Shown here: positions 35,139 through 44,135 of the stretch, in pieces
Numbering within the stretch: position 1 is the first letter of the stretch
Layout of the letters: every line of letters starts with the position of its first letter
Assembly (NCBI GenBank): GCA_964517315.1
Contig: CAZFCJ010000004.1
Coordinates: 267-63,245, forward strand
Reading direction: 5' to 3'
Length of the DNA: 62,979 bases
From: an uncultured Anaerolineaceae bacterium
GTDB taxonomy: Bacteria > Chloroflexota > Anaerolineae > Anaerolineales > E44-bin32
Made by a program: the position numbers and the translations under genes
The notes under the pieces: generated by a model
What the model was told of the DNA's origin: nothing
The model's input: only the letters and a program-made list of their open reading frames with translations
Database searches by the model: none

Positions 35139-35585
35139 TCAGCCGGCGGGTTCGAGCTGCTGGCGGATCTCGTGCCGTCGCTCGGCCAGCGTTCCGAGCA
35201 CGCCGTTGACGAAGCGGGAGCTGCTGTCCGAACCGAACAGTTTGGCCAGTTCAACCGCTTCGTTGATGGCCACCTTGACGGGCGTCTCGTCCGAAATGGC
35301 CAATTCCCAGAGCGCCATCCGCAGCAGGTTGCGGTCGACAACTGCGAGCTGGTCGACCGGCCATTCGGGGGCCGTGGAGGCGATCAGGCTGTCGAGCTTA
35401 TCGGCGAGATTGAGTGTGCCCAGCACCAGCCGCCGCAGGTAGACAAGACCGCTCTCGGTGAGGTCCGCGTGCCGTTCGATGGCGCGCGCCAGCACCGCTT
35501 CGGGTGCGTGGCCGACGGAGTCGACTTCGTAAAGGATCTGCAGCGCTGCGGTGCGGACTTTGTGCCGCTCGTGCTTCTTTCCCAT
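35139..35585 (-). CDS. nusB: transcription antitermination factor NusB
   Basis: RHKVRTAALQILYEVD ... NGVLGT. Start at the ATG 8 nt after the Asp23 stop. The ORF track reaches 35660. Confidence 0.9.
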   Translation of the reverse strand: MGKKHERHKVRTAALQILYEVDSVGHAPEAVLARAIERHADLTESGLVYLRRLVLGTLNLADKLDSLIASTAPEWPVDQLAVVDRNLLRMALWELAISDETPVKVAINEAVELAKLFGSDSSSRFVNGVLGTLAERRHEIRQQLEPAG

Positions 35586-35595
35586 CAGGTCGCCT

Positions 35596-35997
35596 TCAGA
35601 CGGACCCTCCGTTCGCATCGGCTTCTCGATTGGGGACTTCGATATCAAGGATGTGAACATCGATCCTGTGGGCGGACATGCCGACCATTTCTTCGATGGC
35701 CCGGGCGACTTCCCGCTGCACGACCCGGCTGACTTCGCGCACGTTGATTTCCGGTTTCAGAATCAGGTAAAGCCCGACTTCGACCTGGCCATTTTCGACG
35801 TCGACCTCCACACCGTCTCCAACGCCGCGGCGGAAGAAACGATTGACCCCGCCGGGACGGGGTGCCAACGCGGCCACTCCCTCCACGCGCAGGGCGGTGA
35901 GCTGAGCAATCGTGACCAGAACGTTGGGAGCGATGGTCGTGGTGCCAGGCGCCCGCTGCGGTTTCTTCCCCGATTCCATCCTTGCCGTCCTGTTCAC
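35596..35997 (-). CDS. Asp23/Gls24 family envelope stress protein
   Basis: TTIAPNVLVTIAQLTALRVEGV ... VDVHILDI. Confidence 0.85.
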   Translation of the reverse strand: MNRTARMESGKKPQRAPGTTTIAPNVLVTIAQLTALRVEGVAALAPRPGGVNRFFRRGVGDGVEVDVENGQVEVGLYLILKPEINVREVSRVVQREVARAIEEMVGMSAHRIDVHILDIEVPNREADANGGSV

Positions 35998-36750
35998 CTA
36001 GAACATCGCCATGCCGCCGTCCACCGTCAAGATGTGACCGGTGACATAACCGGCCTCATCGGAGGCCAAATAGGCCACCGCCTTGGCGATTTCCTCTGGC
36101 TGACCCTTGCGACCGAGCGGGATCAGTTCGGTCAGCGACTCGCGCATCTCCTCGGAGACGTCCGACCAGATCTCCGTGTCGATGTAGCCCGCGGCGACGG
36201 CGTTGACGGTGATGTTTCTGGGTGCGACCTCGCGCGCAAGCGATTTGGTAAAGCCGATCTGCCCAGCTTTCGAAGCGGAGTAGTTCGTTTGGCCGGCGTT
36301 GCCCATCAGTCCGGAAACGGAGGTGATGTTGACGATGCGTCCATAGCGCTTGCGCATCATATGACGAACGGCCGCCTTGGAGCAGCTAAAGGTGGATTTG
36401 AGGTTGACGCGCACTACGTCGTCCCAGTCGGATTCCGACATCGTCATGATCAATCCGTCGCGAGTGATGCCCGCGTTGTTGACCAATATCTGCAAGTCAC
36501 CGAAATGGTCCACGGTGAACTTCACGAGATCCTGCGCCGACGGGTAGTCTCCGACGTCGGCCTGATAGGCAATGGCGTTTCCCCCGCTGGATTCGATCTG
36601 TGCCACAACTTCATCGGCCGCTTCATCACTGTGGTTGTAGTTCACGAGCACGCTCGCGCCGTGCGCGCCCAGTTCCTCGGCGATCGCACGGCCGATTCCG
36701 CGTGACCCGCCAGTGACGATGGCCACCTTTCCTTCGTAGTCCATACTCAC
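35998..36750 (-). CDS. fabG: 3-oxoacyl-ACP reductase FabG
   Basis: VTGGSRGIGRAIA, NNAGI, YSASKAG catalytic motif, 250 aa. Confidence 0.9.
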   Translation of the reverse strand: MSMDYEGKVAIVTGGSRGIGRAIAEELGAHGASVLVNYNHSDEAADEVVAQIESSGGNAIAYQADVGDYPSAQDLVKFTVDHFGDLQILVNNAGITRDGLIMTMSESDWDDVVRVNLKSTFSCSKAAVRHMMRKRYGRIVNITSVSGLMGNAGQTNYSASKAGQIGFTKSLAREVAPRNITVNAVAAGYIDTEIWSDVSEEMRESLTELIPLGRKGQPEEIAKAVAYLASDEAGYVTGHILTVDGGMAMF

Positions 36751-36801
36751 TGCTCCATGTTCGGATCGTGTGGTTCAACAGCTTGAATGAGCTGGCGGCT
36801 T

Positions 36802-37872
36802 TCATCGGGCCCCCTGGTTTCCGGGGGGATTATACTCGCGAAGCCCTGGAACCCCGATCTCGGCGGCGTTGCCGAGCAGATCCTGTGCGCTCAAACGCCG
36901 CTCGACCGCCTCTTCGGGCTCTTTGGCCAGGCTGTGAACGGCGTGGGTCAGCAGACGGTTGGCCGGTGCGGGGAGGCCGACTTCATCGCAAGCCCCGACC
37001 ACGGCGCCGTTGAGCCAGGCCACTTCGGTGCGACCGCGGGCCACGTCGTGAAAGATGGAAGGCATTTTTTCGCCGCGCGCCCCTCCTACCTGCCAGCGAA
37101 GCAAAGGCCGAGTCAGCCACGCCGGCAGTTCGGCGAGCCGCGCGAGCCAGGCGGATGGCGCCCCGGGCAAATTGTAGGTGGGGACTCCCATCGCCCGCAT
37201 GACCCGATTCACTTCCCTCAGGCACTCCATCTCGAGTCTGTAAAGGCCCGGCTGAGCGTAGATTTTGCCCGGACTCAAGCCGGTGACGGCTGAAGTCGCG
37301 TTGCCCAGCAAATTGGCGAGCAGCTTGGACCACTTCAGCCCGGAGCGGGAGGGGTACCGGCGCGTCTTGATTCCCGCCTCTGTGAGACCCTCGGCGAGCG
37401 GACCCGCCATCGGATGGTCGGTGGCGAGGCCGACCCCTCGGCGGCGCTGAACGGTGATTCGGGAGGGGGACTCGAGCCGTACGGTCGAGGTCAATGTGGC
37501 GGCGACCACTCGCCCCTCGCCGAGCAGCTGCGCCAGCAGGTGTTCGTTGCCGACGCCGTTCAAAAATGAAACCACCGGCGCGTCAGTTCCAATCGCGGCC
37601 AGCTGCTCCGCCGCCTCGCGGCAGTCATAGGCCTTGACCGTAAGCAGAATGAGATCCGGCTTGGCCAACTGGAGCGCTTCCTCGAGGACTGCGCTGGCCT
37701 GTGGTTCGGCCATGTGGAGTCCGCCGGCGGGATCCTCGACCCGGAGTCCATGGTTCCCCAGCGCTTCCACAAAGGCGGGGCGGCCCAAAAAAACGACCGG
37801 GTGTCCCGCGGCGGCCAGACGGCCGCCCAGATAGCCTCCGACGGCCCCTGCTCCAAAGACCAGGATCTTCAC
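36802..37872 (-). CDS. panE: ketopantoate reductase family (2-dehydropantoate 2-reductase)
   Basis: MKILVFGAGAVGGYLGGRLA Rossmann fold plus ApbA C-terminal domain. Confidence 0.75.
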   Translation of the reverse strand: MKILVFGAGAVGGYLGGRLAAAGHPVVFLGRPAFVEALGNHGLRVEDPAGGLHMAEPQASAVLEEALQLAKPDLILLTVKAYDCREAAEQLAAIGTDAPVVSFLNGVGNEHLLAQLLGEGRVVAATLTSTVRLESPSRITVQRRRGVGLATDHPMAGPLAEGLTEAGIKTRRYPSRSGLKWSKLLANLLGNATSAVTGLSPGKIYAQPGLYRLEMECLREVNRVMRAMGVPTYNLPGAPSAWLARLAELPAWLTRPLLRWQVGGARGEKMPSIFHDVARGRTEVAWLNGAVVGACDEVGLPAPANRLLTHAVHSLAKEPEEAVERRLSAQDLLGNAAEIGVPGLREYNPPGNQGAR

Positions 37873-37878
37873 GCGGGC

Positions 37879-38739
37879 TCAGGAGTCTTGGTCTAACAGA
37901 CGCTCGACCAACGTGTTGAGCTCTTCATCCGAATAGAAGTGCAGCGTGAGCGTACCACCCTGGTCGCTGCGCCGCAGCTTGACCTTCGTGCCCAGCGCAT
38001 CCCGCAGGTCTGACTCGAGGGCCTTCTCCTCGGGATTGAGTTGTGGCGATTTCCGTCGCTTCTTGCGCCGTTTGCCGCCCAGCCTTCGGACGAGCGCCTC
38101 GGTTTGACGGACGTTCAAGCCCTGATCGAGCACGGTCTGCAGCGCGGCCAGCTGCGCCTCCTCACCGTCAAGACTCAAGAGGGCGCGCGCGTGGCCTTCC
38201 GAGAGCCGGCCTCGCTCGACGGCGGTCCGAGCTGCGTCGGGAAGGTTGAGCAGGCGCAAGGTGTTTGTAACCGTGGAGCGGCTCTTCCCGACTCGTTCGG
38301 CGATCTGCTCGTGCGACAGGTCGAAATCCTCGGCCAATTGGCGATAGCCTTCCGCCGCCTCGAGCGGGTTGAGGTCCTCTCGCTGCAGGTTTTCAATCAA
38401 GGCCCAAACGATCAGCTGTTCGTCGGTCGCTTCGCGCACTACGGCGGGGACGGTGCTCAAGCCGGCCTGACGGGCGGCCTGCAGGCGCCGCTCCCCGGCG
38501 ATCAGAAGATACTGGTCGCTGTCCTCCGGCTGTGCGACGATAAGCGGCTGCAGTACCCCGTGCTCGCGGATCGAGTCGGCGAGCTCCGCCAGTTCACCGG
38601 CGTCGAAGTTTTGTCTAGGCTGGCGCGGGTTGCGCTCGATGGAATCGACGGGCAGCTCGCTCACTTCACTGGCGGCGGGCTTATCGCCGCTGGGGATGAG
38701 TGCGTCCAATCCTTTGCCCAGGCCCCGGCGTCGGCTCAT
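37879..38739 (-). CDS. parB: chromosome partitioning protein ParB
   Basis: RGLGKGLDALI, NPRQPR, ALIENLQRE, HTH. Start is the ATG directly after the parA stop. Confidence 0.9.
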   Translation of the reverse strand: MSRRRGLGKGLDALIPSGDKPAASEVSELPVDSIERNPRQPRQNFDAGELAELADSIREHGVLQPLIVAQPEDSDQYLLIAGERRLQAARQAGLSTVPAVVREATDEQLIVWALIENLQREDLNPLEAAEGYRQLAEDFDLSHEQIAERVGKSRSTVTNTLRLLNLPDAARTAVERGRLSEGHARALLSLDGEEAQLAALQTVLDQGLNVRQTEALVRRLGGKRRKKRRKSPQLNPEEKALESDLRDALGTKVKLRRSDQGGTLTLHFYSDEELNTLVERLLDQDS

Positions 38740-38740
38740 A

Positions 38741-39544
38741 TCAGGCCTCCTCACGCGCGGCGACGGAGGGGACACGGATGCCGTCGGCTTGCAGGATCTC
38801 GTCCGCCAGCGCCTGGTAGCCGAGGGCGCCAGCGGAGCGCGGCGCATATTCGGAGATCGGCAGTCCATGCGATGGGGCCTCCGCGAGCCGCACGCTGCGT
38901 GGGATCACGGTCGTAAATACCTTGTCCGAGAAATGGCGTCGGACTTCGTCGACGACGTCTTGAGCGAGATTGGTGCGGGCATCGTACATCGTCATCAACA
39001 GGCCGCGTATGCGCAGCTCGGGGTAGTAGGCCCTGCGGACCCGCTCGATGGTACCCATGAGCTGGGAAAGCCCTTCGAGCGCCAGGTATTCACACTGAAT
39101 GGGAATGAGCACCCCGTCGCTCGCCGCCACCAACCCGTTGATGGTCAGGATCCCGAGCGAGGGTGGGCAGTCCACCAGGATGTAATCGTAGCGGCCATCG
39201 AGCGGCGCCAGGGCTTCGGCGAGGAGACGGCCCCGACCCTCCATGTCCACCAACTCGACCTGGGCTCCCGCCAGCCCGGCGGTGGAAGGGAGCAGTGAGA
39301 GCTGAAGTTTCGTGTTGCGCAGAATGTTGTCCGCGGCGGGGACTTCACCGATCAGTGTCTCATAGGTCCCGCTCTCGACTTGACGATGATTGACGCCCAG
39401 GCATGAGGTCGCGTTTGACTGTGGATCGAGGTCCACGAGCAGGACGCGTTGATCGCGCAGGGCGAGGTACGCGCCCAAATTAATGGCGGTGGTCGTCTTG
39501 CCCACGCCGCCCTTTTGATTGACCATGGAGATGATGCGCGTCAT
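38741..39544 (-). CDS. parA: chromosome partitioning ATPase ParA/Soj
   Basis: NQKGGVGKTTTAINL deviant Walker A. Confidence 0.9.
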   Translation of the reverse strand: MTRIISMVNQKGGVGKTTTAINLGAYLALRDQRVLLVDLDPQSNATSCLGVNHRQVESGTYETLIGEVPAADNILRNTKLQLSLLPSTAGLAGAQVELVDMEGRGRLLAEALAPLDGRYDYILVDCPPSLGILTINGLVAASDGVLIPIQCEYLALEGLSQLMGTIERVRRAYYPELRIRGLLMTMYDARTNLAQDVVDEVRRHFSDKVFTTVIPRSVRLAEAPSHGLPISEYAPRSAGALGYQALADEILQADGIRVPSVAAREEA

Positions 39545-40386
39545 GAGTTCGCTCGTGCCGCCTGGATCTCTTCGCTCGTGGGTACCGATTCTAGACCGAC
39601 CCGCCCGACGGAGCGAGAGGCCAGCTTGTTGGCAAAATGGGCCGCCTTGATCGGATCGGCCGTCTCATCGTAGCGGATCACGAACGAAGGGGCAAAGATG
39701 TCGCCGGCACCCGTAGGGTCAATCTGCTCCTCGTGCGGTGCCGGGACGTGGGTAGGGGTCCCCTCCTGAAAAACTCGGGCTCCATCCTCGCCGGCCGTGA
39801 GGACGAAGAGAGGGTACCGTCCTGCCAGACGCTTGATCCAGCTCCTTTCGCCGTTGATGTCCTCCTCGCTAAGGATGCAGATGTCGCCGTTGGGCAGGGA
39901 GCGGAAGACGTCGTCGGCGTCCTTGCGGCTCACCTTGCCGTCGGCGCTCCAGCGCCGCAGCCATCCTTGCGGGGTGAGCAGAAGCGTCGAGTCGGGGAAC
40001 GCGCCGGCCAAGCCCGGGTCGATTTCGTCGGCGATCGGCGCCAAATGGACCCAGCGCGCGCCGCGCCAGGCCTCGGGGACGCAGTCCAGGTCCAAATCCA
40101 GGGCGCGGCCGTGAAGGCGCTGCTCCCGCTTGCCGTCGATGTACTCGTTGACGAATGAGGTGGACTCCGGACTGTCGATGACGTGCAGTCTTAGGCCGCG
40201 CAGGGGCGACAGATCGAGCTCCTCGGCGGCGGAGGTGACGACGCCGACCCGCACGCCAAAGGCCGCCGCGGTGAGGCCGGCGAACGCGGCCGTTCCTCCC
40301 AGTCGGGCGCCGCCGGGAGTTTCATCCCTCGAGAGGTGTCCGACGATCAAGTAATCAACTGGCGCGCGGCGACTTGGTCCGACCAT
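39541..40386 (-). CDS. PfkB family carbohydrate kinase
   Basis: DPTGAGDIF C-terminal motif. 4-nt overlap with parA. Confidence 0.8.
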   Translation of the reverse strand: MVGPSRRAPVDYLIVGHLSRDETPGGARLGGTAAFAGLTAAAFGVRVGVVTSAAEELDLSPLRGLRLHVIDSPESTSFVNEYIDGKREQRLHGRALDLDLDCVPEAWRGARWVHLAPIADEIDPGLAGAFPDSTLLLTPQGWLRRWSADGKVSRKDADDVFRSLPNGDICILSEEDINGERSWIKRLAGRYPLFVLTAGEDGARVFQEGTPTHVPAPHEEQIDPTGAGDIFAPSFVIRYDETADPIKAAHFANKLASRSVGRVGLESVPTSEEIQAARANS

Positions 40387-40428
40387 GCTGGCCTTGGGAG
40401 CTCCGTAGTTCCTGGGAGAGATGTCCTC

Positions 40429-41166
40429 TCAAGCCTCGGGGATGATCGTTACTTTGCGGCGGTCCCCTTCGCCGACGCTCTGGGTGCGGACGCTGGGATG
40501 GTCGCGCAGCTCCACATGGATAATCCGGCGCTCGTTGGGGGGCATTGGCTCGAGGGCCAAGGTCCGTCCCCGCTCGACCGCCTGGTCGGCCATGCGACGG
40601 GCGAGGCGCCGCAGAGTTTGCTCACGACGGGCCCGGTATCCTTCAATATCGATCACCAGCGGAACTGATTTCTTGAGTTCCTTCCCGAGGATCAGGCGGA
40701 CGATGTACTGCAGGTCGTCCAATGTGTCACCGTGACGACCGATCAGAATGCTGAGGTCGCTGCCGGTGATGTCGACCAGCAGCGGGCGGGTGCGACCGGG
40801 TGCGTCCGGCTCGCCCCAGCGGGCCTCGATGTCGGCCTCGACCTCCATCAGCTCAAGCAGGTCTTCCACGGTGTCCCTGGCCAGCTGAACGGTCAGGGCG
40901 TCTTCGTCTTCCTCGAGCTCGAATTCGCGTTCGGCTGGCTCTCCCGGTGAAGGGCGTTCGGCCTCCATGGGCTCCGGGGCGTCCCCGCGCAGCGTCAGGC
41001 GAACTCGGGCCTGGCGTGCGCCGACTCCGAACAGACCCTCGCGGCCTTCGTCCAGCACCTCGACCTCCAAATCGTCGGGCGCGACCCCCAGCTCTTGGGC
41101 GCCGAGGGAGATGGCCTCGTCCACGGTCGGGGCGATTTTCTCGATACTTGGTTTGCTTTCTGGCAT
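40429..41166 (-). CDS. jag: Jag/KhpB (Jag_N-KH-R3H) RNA-binding protein
   Basis: KH-like and R3H (ERRIIHVEL) motifs, downstream of yidC. Confidence 0.85.
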   Translation of the reverse strand: MPESKPSIEKIAPTVDEAISLGAQELGVAPDDLEVEVLDEGREGLFGVGARQARVRLTLRGDAPEPMEAERPSPGEPAEREFELEEDEDALTVQLARDTVEDLLELMEVEADIEARWGEPDAPGRTRPLLVDITGSDLSILIGRHGDTLDDLQYIVRLILGKELKKSVPLVIDIEGYRARREQTLRRLARRMADQAVERGRTLALEPMPPNERRIIHVELRDHPSVRTQSVGEGDRRKVTIIPEA

Positions 41167-41196
41167 GCCTGGATTCCCTGTCGTTGACGCGAGTGC

Positions 41197-41952
41197 TTAG
41201 CTGCGGCTGAACAGCTCCGACCAGTCCACGTCACCCGTCACAGCGTACTGGAACACCTGCAGGATATTGGAGGCGACGAAGTAGAGCGCCAAGCCGGCGG
41301 CGAACGTATAGGCGAAGTAACCGAGCAAAAGGGGCATGTAAAGAGACATCATCTGCGTCATCTGCGCGCCCTGGCCCTGCCCCGCGCCGGTGGCGGGAGT
41401 GGTCAGCTTCGTGGACAGCCAGGTGGTCAGGACGACCAGAATGGTCAAGACCGGGATCCCAAACGGGATCCCCGGCAGGTGAAGGCGCTCAGGCTGTCCC
41501 AGCTCCATCCACAGAAAGCGGCTGTTGAGCGGAATCAATCCGCTGGGGATGGCGGGATAAATGTGCTTTGAGAGCTCGTAGAGCTGGAGGGGGGCGTCGG
41601 CCAGCGCGCGGATGATGGACTGGTACAGGCCGATGATGATCGGAAACTGGATTACGAGTGGCAGACAACCGGCCAGCGGATTGACCCCCATCTCACGGTA
41701 AAGTTTGAGCATCTCCTCCTGTTGCTTCGCCCGGTCGTCCTTGTACTTCTTCTGGATCTTCTTCGCCTGTTTGGATTCCTGCAGCTCCTGCATCTTCTTC
41801 GTGCTGCGCTGCTGCTGATAGGTCAACGGGAACGTGATCATCCGAATGATGCCGGTCAGGACGATGATGGCCAGTCCGAAGTTCTGCCCCAGCAATTCAT
41901 AGATGAAGAGCAGGGCGTTGATCATTGGGTTTAGAACGATCAAATCCCACAT
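41197..41952 (-). CDS. yidC: membrane protein insertase YidC (short form)
   Basis: 251 aa. PLTYQQQRSTKKMQELQ ... NPLAGCLPLVIQFPI. Confidence 0.9.
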   Translation of the reverse strand: MWDLIVLNPMINALLFIYELLGQNFGLAIIVLTGIIRMITFPLTYQQQRSTKKMQELQESKQAKKIQKKYKDDRAKQQEEMLKLYREMGVNPLAGCLPLVIQFPIIIGLYQSIIRALADAPLQLYELSKHIYPAIPSGLIPLNSRFLWMELGQPERLHLPGIPFGIPVLTILVVLTTWLSTKLTTPATGAGQGQGAQMTQMMSLYMPLLLGYFAYTFAAGLALYFVASNILQVFQYAVTGDVDWSELFSRS

Positions 41953-41964
41953 TGTTAAGTAACT

Positions 41965-43047
41965 TTACTCCTCCGCGGGTTGGAACGTCCAGCGGATGGC
42001 GCCGGACTCCGAGTCCATCGCCGTCAGCAGACTCTCACCGTCTACGGCCGTCACCAACAACGAATCGTTCACGATCAGCGGATCGGCTAACAGCCTGCCC
42101 TCGAGCGGCTGCTCCCACACCGGATCGTTGGTCTCGCCCTGGCGGGCGAAGACCGTCCCTTGTTCGGTCACGAAGAACACCCGGCCCTCGGCGTAGACCG
42201 GACTGGCGGCCACACCGCCGTCGAGCGCGTTCTTCCACACGGTCGTTCCCTGCTCGTCGACGGCGTACAGTGCACCGCTCACGTCACCGAAGTACGCCAG
42301 GCCGTCGCCGATCGCCGGATTGCCCCATACCCAATCGTCGGTCGGCACCGTCCAGGCCACCTCGCCGCTTTCCTCGTCGATCGCGTTGAGGGCCTCGCCG
42401 AATGTGCCGGTCAAGAGCAAGCCGTTCAAGCGGGCCGGCTGATCGGCGAGGGCGCCACCCAGTCGGCGGCTCCAGATCAACGACCCGTCTTCGGCGTTCA
42501 GCGCATACACATGGTGGTCGAGCGCAGCCACGTATGCTCGATCGCCGACCACAAGCGGCCGCGCCCAGATCGAGTGTTGCGACTCGAACGTCCAGGCCAG
42601 CTCCCCGTCCTCCAGGTCAAGCGCGTACAGGTTGCGGTCGGACGAAGGGACGAGCAACAGATCACCGGCGACGGAGGCACCTCCGACGATCCGCCCATCG
42701 GAAAGCTTGCGTTCCCAGATCAGCCGGCCGTCGTCGCGGCCGAGGGCGAAGACGACCCCCTGGTAGCCGCCCACAAAGAGACGGTCCTCATGTAGTGTGG
42801 GCGGGGCGTAGAATCCGCCGTCGCCTTCAATCTCGGGGCTGAAGCGCCACAGCTCCTCCCCGTCGTCCAAACCGACGGCGTATACGGCCTGGTTGAACGC
42901 GACGTAGGCGCGTTCCCCGTCGGCCACCAGTCCCGGCCAGCTTGAGCTGGGGTTTGTCGCCCCGGCGCAGCCGGCCAGGAGGAGAGCGACCAGCGGCAGG
43001 AGCAACCAAAGCGGCCGGAAGCGGCGGGTTGAGAGATGGGGTGCCAT
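41965..43047 (-). CDS. PQQ-like beta-propeller repeat lipoprotein (BamB-like fold)
   Basis: Lipobox LLAGC. Repeated YA(L/V)D..(D/T)G...W blades. Confidence 0.8.
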   Translation of the reverse strand: MAPHLSTRRFRPLWLLLPLVALLLAGCAGATNPSSSWPGLVADGERAYVAFNQAVYAVGLDDGEELWRFSPEIEGDGGFYAPPTLHEDRLFVGGYQGVVFALGRDDGRLIWERKLSDGRIVGGASVAGDLLLVPSSDRNLYALDLEDGELAWTFESQHSIWARPLVVGDRAYVAALDHHVYALNAEDGSLIWSRRLGGALADQPARLNGLLLTGTFGEALNAIDEESGEVAWTVPTDDWVWGNPAIGDGLAYFGDVSGALYAVDEQGTTVWKNALDGGVAASPVYAEGRVFFVTEQGTVFARQGETNDPVWEQPLEGRLLADPLIVNDSLLVTAVDGESLLTAMDSESGAIRWTFQPAEE

Positions 43048-43054
43048 GGAACTC

Positions 43055-43342
43055 CTATGGGACGGGATCGTGGCCGCCGGGGTGAAACGGCTGACAGCGC
43101 AGGATCCGCCAAACCGCCAAAGCGCCTCCTTTGACCAGGCCGTATTTGGCGATGGCCTGATAGCCGTAGTGCGAGCAGGTCGGGTAGAAGCGGCAGGTGC
43201 CGGCGGGCAGCGCTCGGGATGCGGTCTGCTGGTACAAGCGAATCAGGGCGAGAACGGGAAGTCGGGCCAGCGTACCCCAACGCAGCGGGATTTCAGACAG
43301 CGATGGCTCGGTGTGATAGTGCGTGTTGTCCTCAACGGTCAT
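43055..43342 (-). CDS. yidD: membrane protein insertion efficiency factor YidD
   Basis: [15 protein letters not shown] motif. ATGA overlap with rnpA. Confidence 0.85.
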   Translation of the reverse strand: MTVEDNTHYHTEPSLSEIPLRWGTLARLPVLALIRLYQQTASRALPAGTCRFYPTCSHYGYQAIAKYGLVKGGALAVWRILRCQPFHPGGHDPVP

Positions 43343-43689
43343 GCGTCTTCCTCCGGGCGAAGCACGCCCGCCTGCTCGAGCAGGTCCTGAACGGCCGCGG
43401 TCAGCTCTTCCCAGGGAGCCTCTAACAGCTGCACCCGGGCAATAAATACCAGATCCCACCCCGGCTTGGTGGTCCGAAGGTGAGGCTGCAATGCGTGCCG
43501 CAGGCGGCGCTTGGCCCGATTTCGCTCCGTAGCTTTGCGGAGTCCCCGGCTGGTGGTGACCCCGAATCGAGGTTGCCCCAGCGAGTTGGGGCTCACTACC
43601 AGAACAACGAGCGGGTGGGCATAGGTTCTGCCAGTACGCCGCACCCGCTTGAAGTCGGTTGGGCTGGTAAGCCGGAAGTTGCGTTCCAT
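43339..43689 (-). CDS. rnpA: ribonuclease P protein component
   Basis: [15 protein letters not shown] ... [12 protein letters not shown]. Confidence 0.9.
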   Translation of the reverse strand: MERNFRLTSPTDFKRVRRTGRTYAHPLVVLVVSPNSLGQPRFGVTTSRGLRKATERNRAKRRLRHALQPHLRTTKPGWDLVFIARVQLLEAPWEELTAAVQDLLEQAGVLRPEEDA

Positions 43690-43757
43690 TCGGAAGGCGG
43701 CCGGAAACCGGCCGCCTTTTAGGGCCGCGCAAGGGCCCGGGTTATGGGCGAACCTTG

Positions 43758-43934
43758 CTAACCCTTCCAGTCGACCTTCTTGACGTGGTTATTCATCTTA
43801 TGTGAAAGTCGCTTGCGGCCCTTCTTGCGCCGGTTCTTGATCACCTTGCGGCCGCCCTTTGACTTCATGCGGGCGCGGAACCCGTGCTTACGGGCTCGGC
43901 GACGCTTCTTCGGCTGATAAGTACGCTTTGGCAT
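43758..43934 (-). CDS. rpmH: 50S ribosomal protein L34 (with about 14-aa C-terminal extension)
   Basis: Hand translation: [58 protein letters not shown]. Below the 60-aa cutoff of the ORF track. Confidence 0.85.
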   Translation of the reverse strand: MPKRTYQPKKRRRARKHGFRARMKSKGGRKVIKNRRKKGRKRLSHKMNNHVKKVDWKG

Positions 43935-43988
43935 AAGAAATTAACCTCGTCTTTCGACGCGTACGTTCCCTCTCAAACTCGATCCTTG

Positions 43989-44017
43989 ATTATAACGTAA
44001 CCGCCAGGCGCGGTCAA
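43989..44017 (-). promoter_or_regulatory. rpmH promoter TTGACC-17 nt-TATAAT
   Basis: Near-consensus hexamers read on the minus strand. Confidence 0.55.
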
Positions 44018-44099
44018 CGTGAGGGGCGCTACGCACGCCGAGAACGAATTGCGCTGTGGCTGGTCGTTGAACAAGGGACGATGAGGCGGCCAGCGCGCG

Positions 44100-44128
44100 T
44101 TGCTGGGGGCGGACGGCTGATCTATACT
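44100..44128 (+). promoter_or_regulatory. promoter TTGCTG-17 nt-TATACT; ATG lies 7 nt after the -10 (leaderless)
   Basis: Direct reading. Confidence 0.45.
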
Positions 44129-44135
44129 CGACCTC

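Noticed and set aside
43935-44135. Possible oriC in the rpmH / parA-like divergent spacer.
   Set aside because: No AT-rich unwinding tract and no TTATCCACA-type boxes within 1 mismatch. The spacer is fully explained by two promoters. The only 1-mismatch DnaA box I saw (TGTGGATCA, 17696-17704) is isolated.
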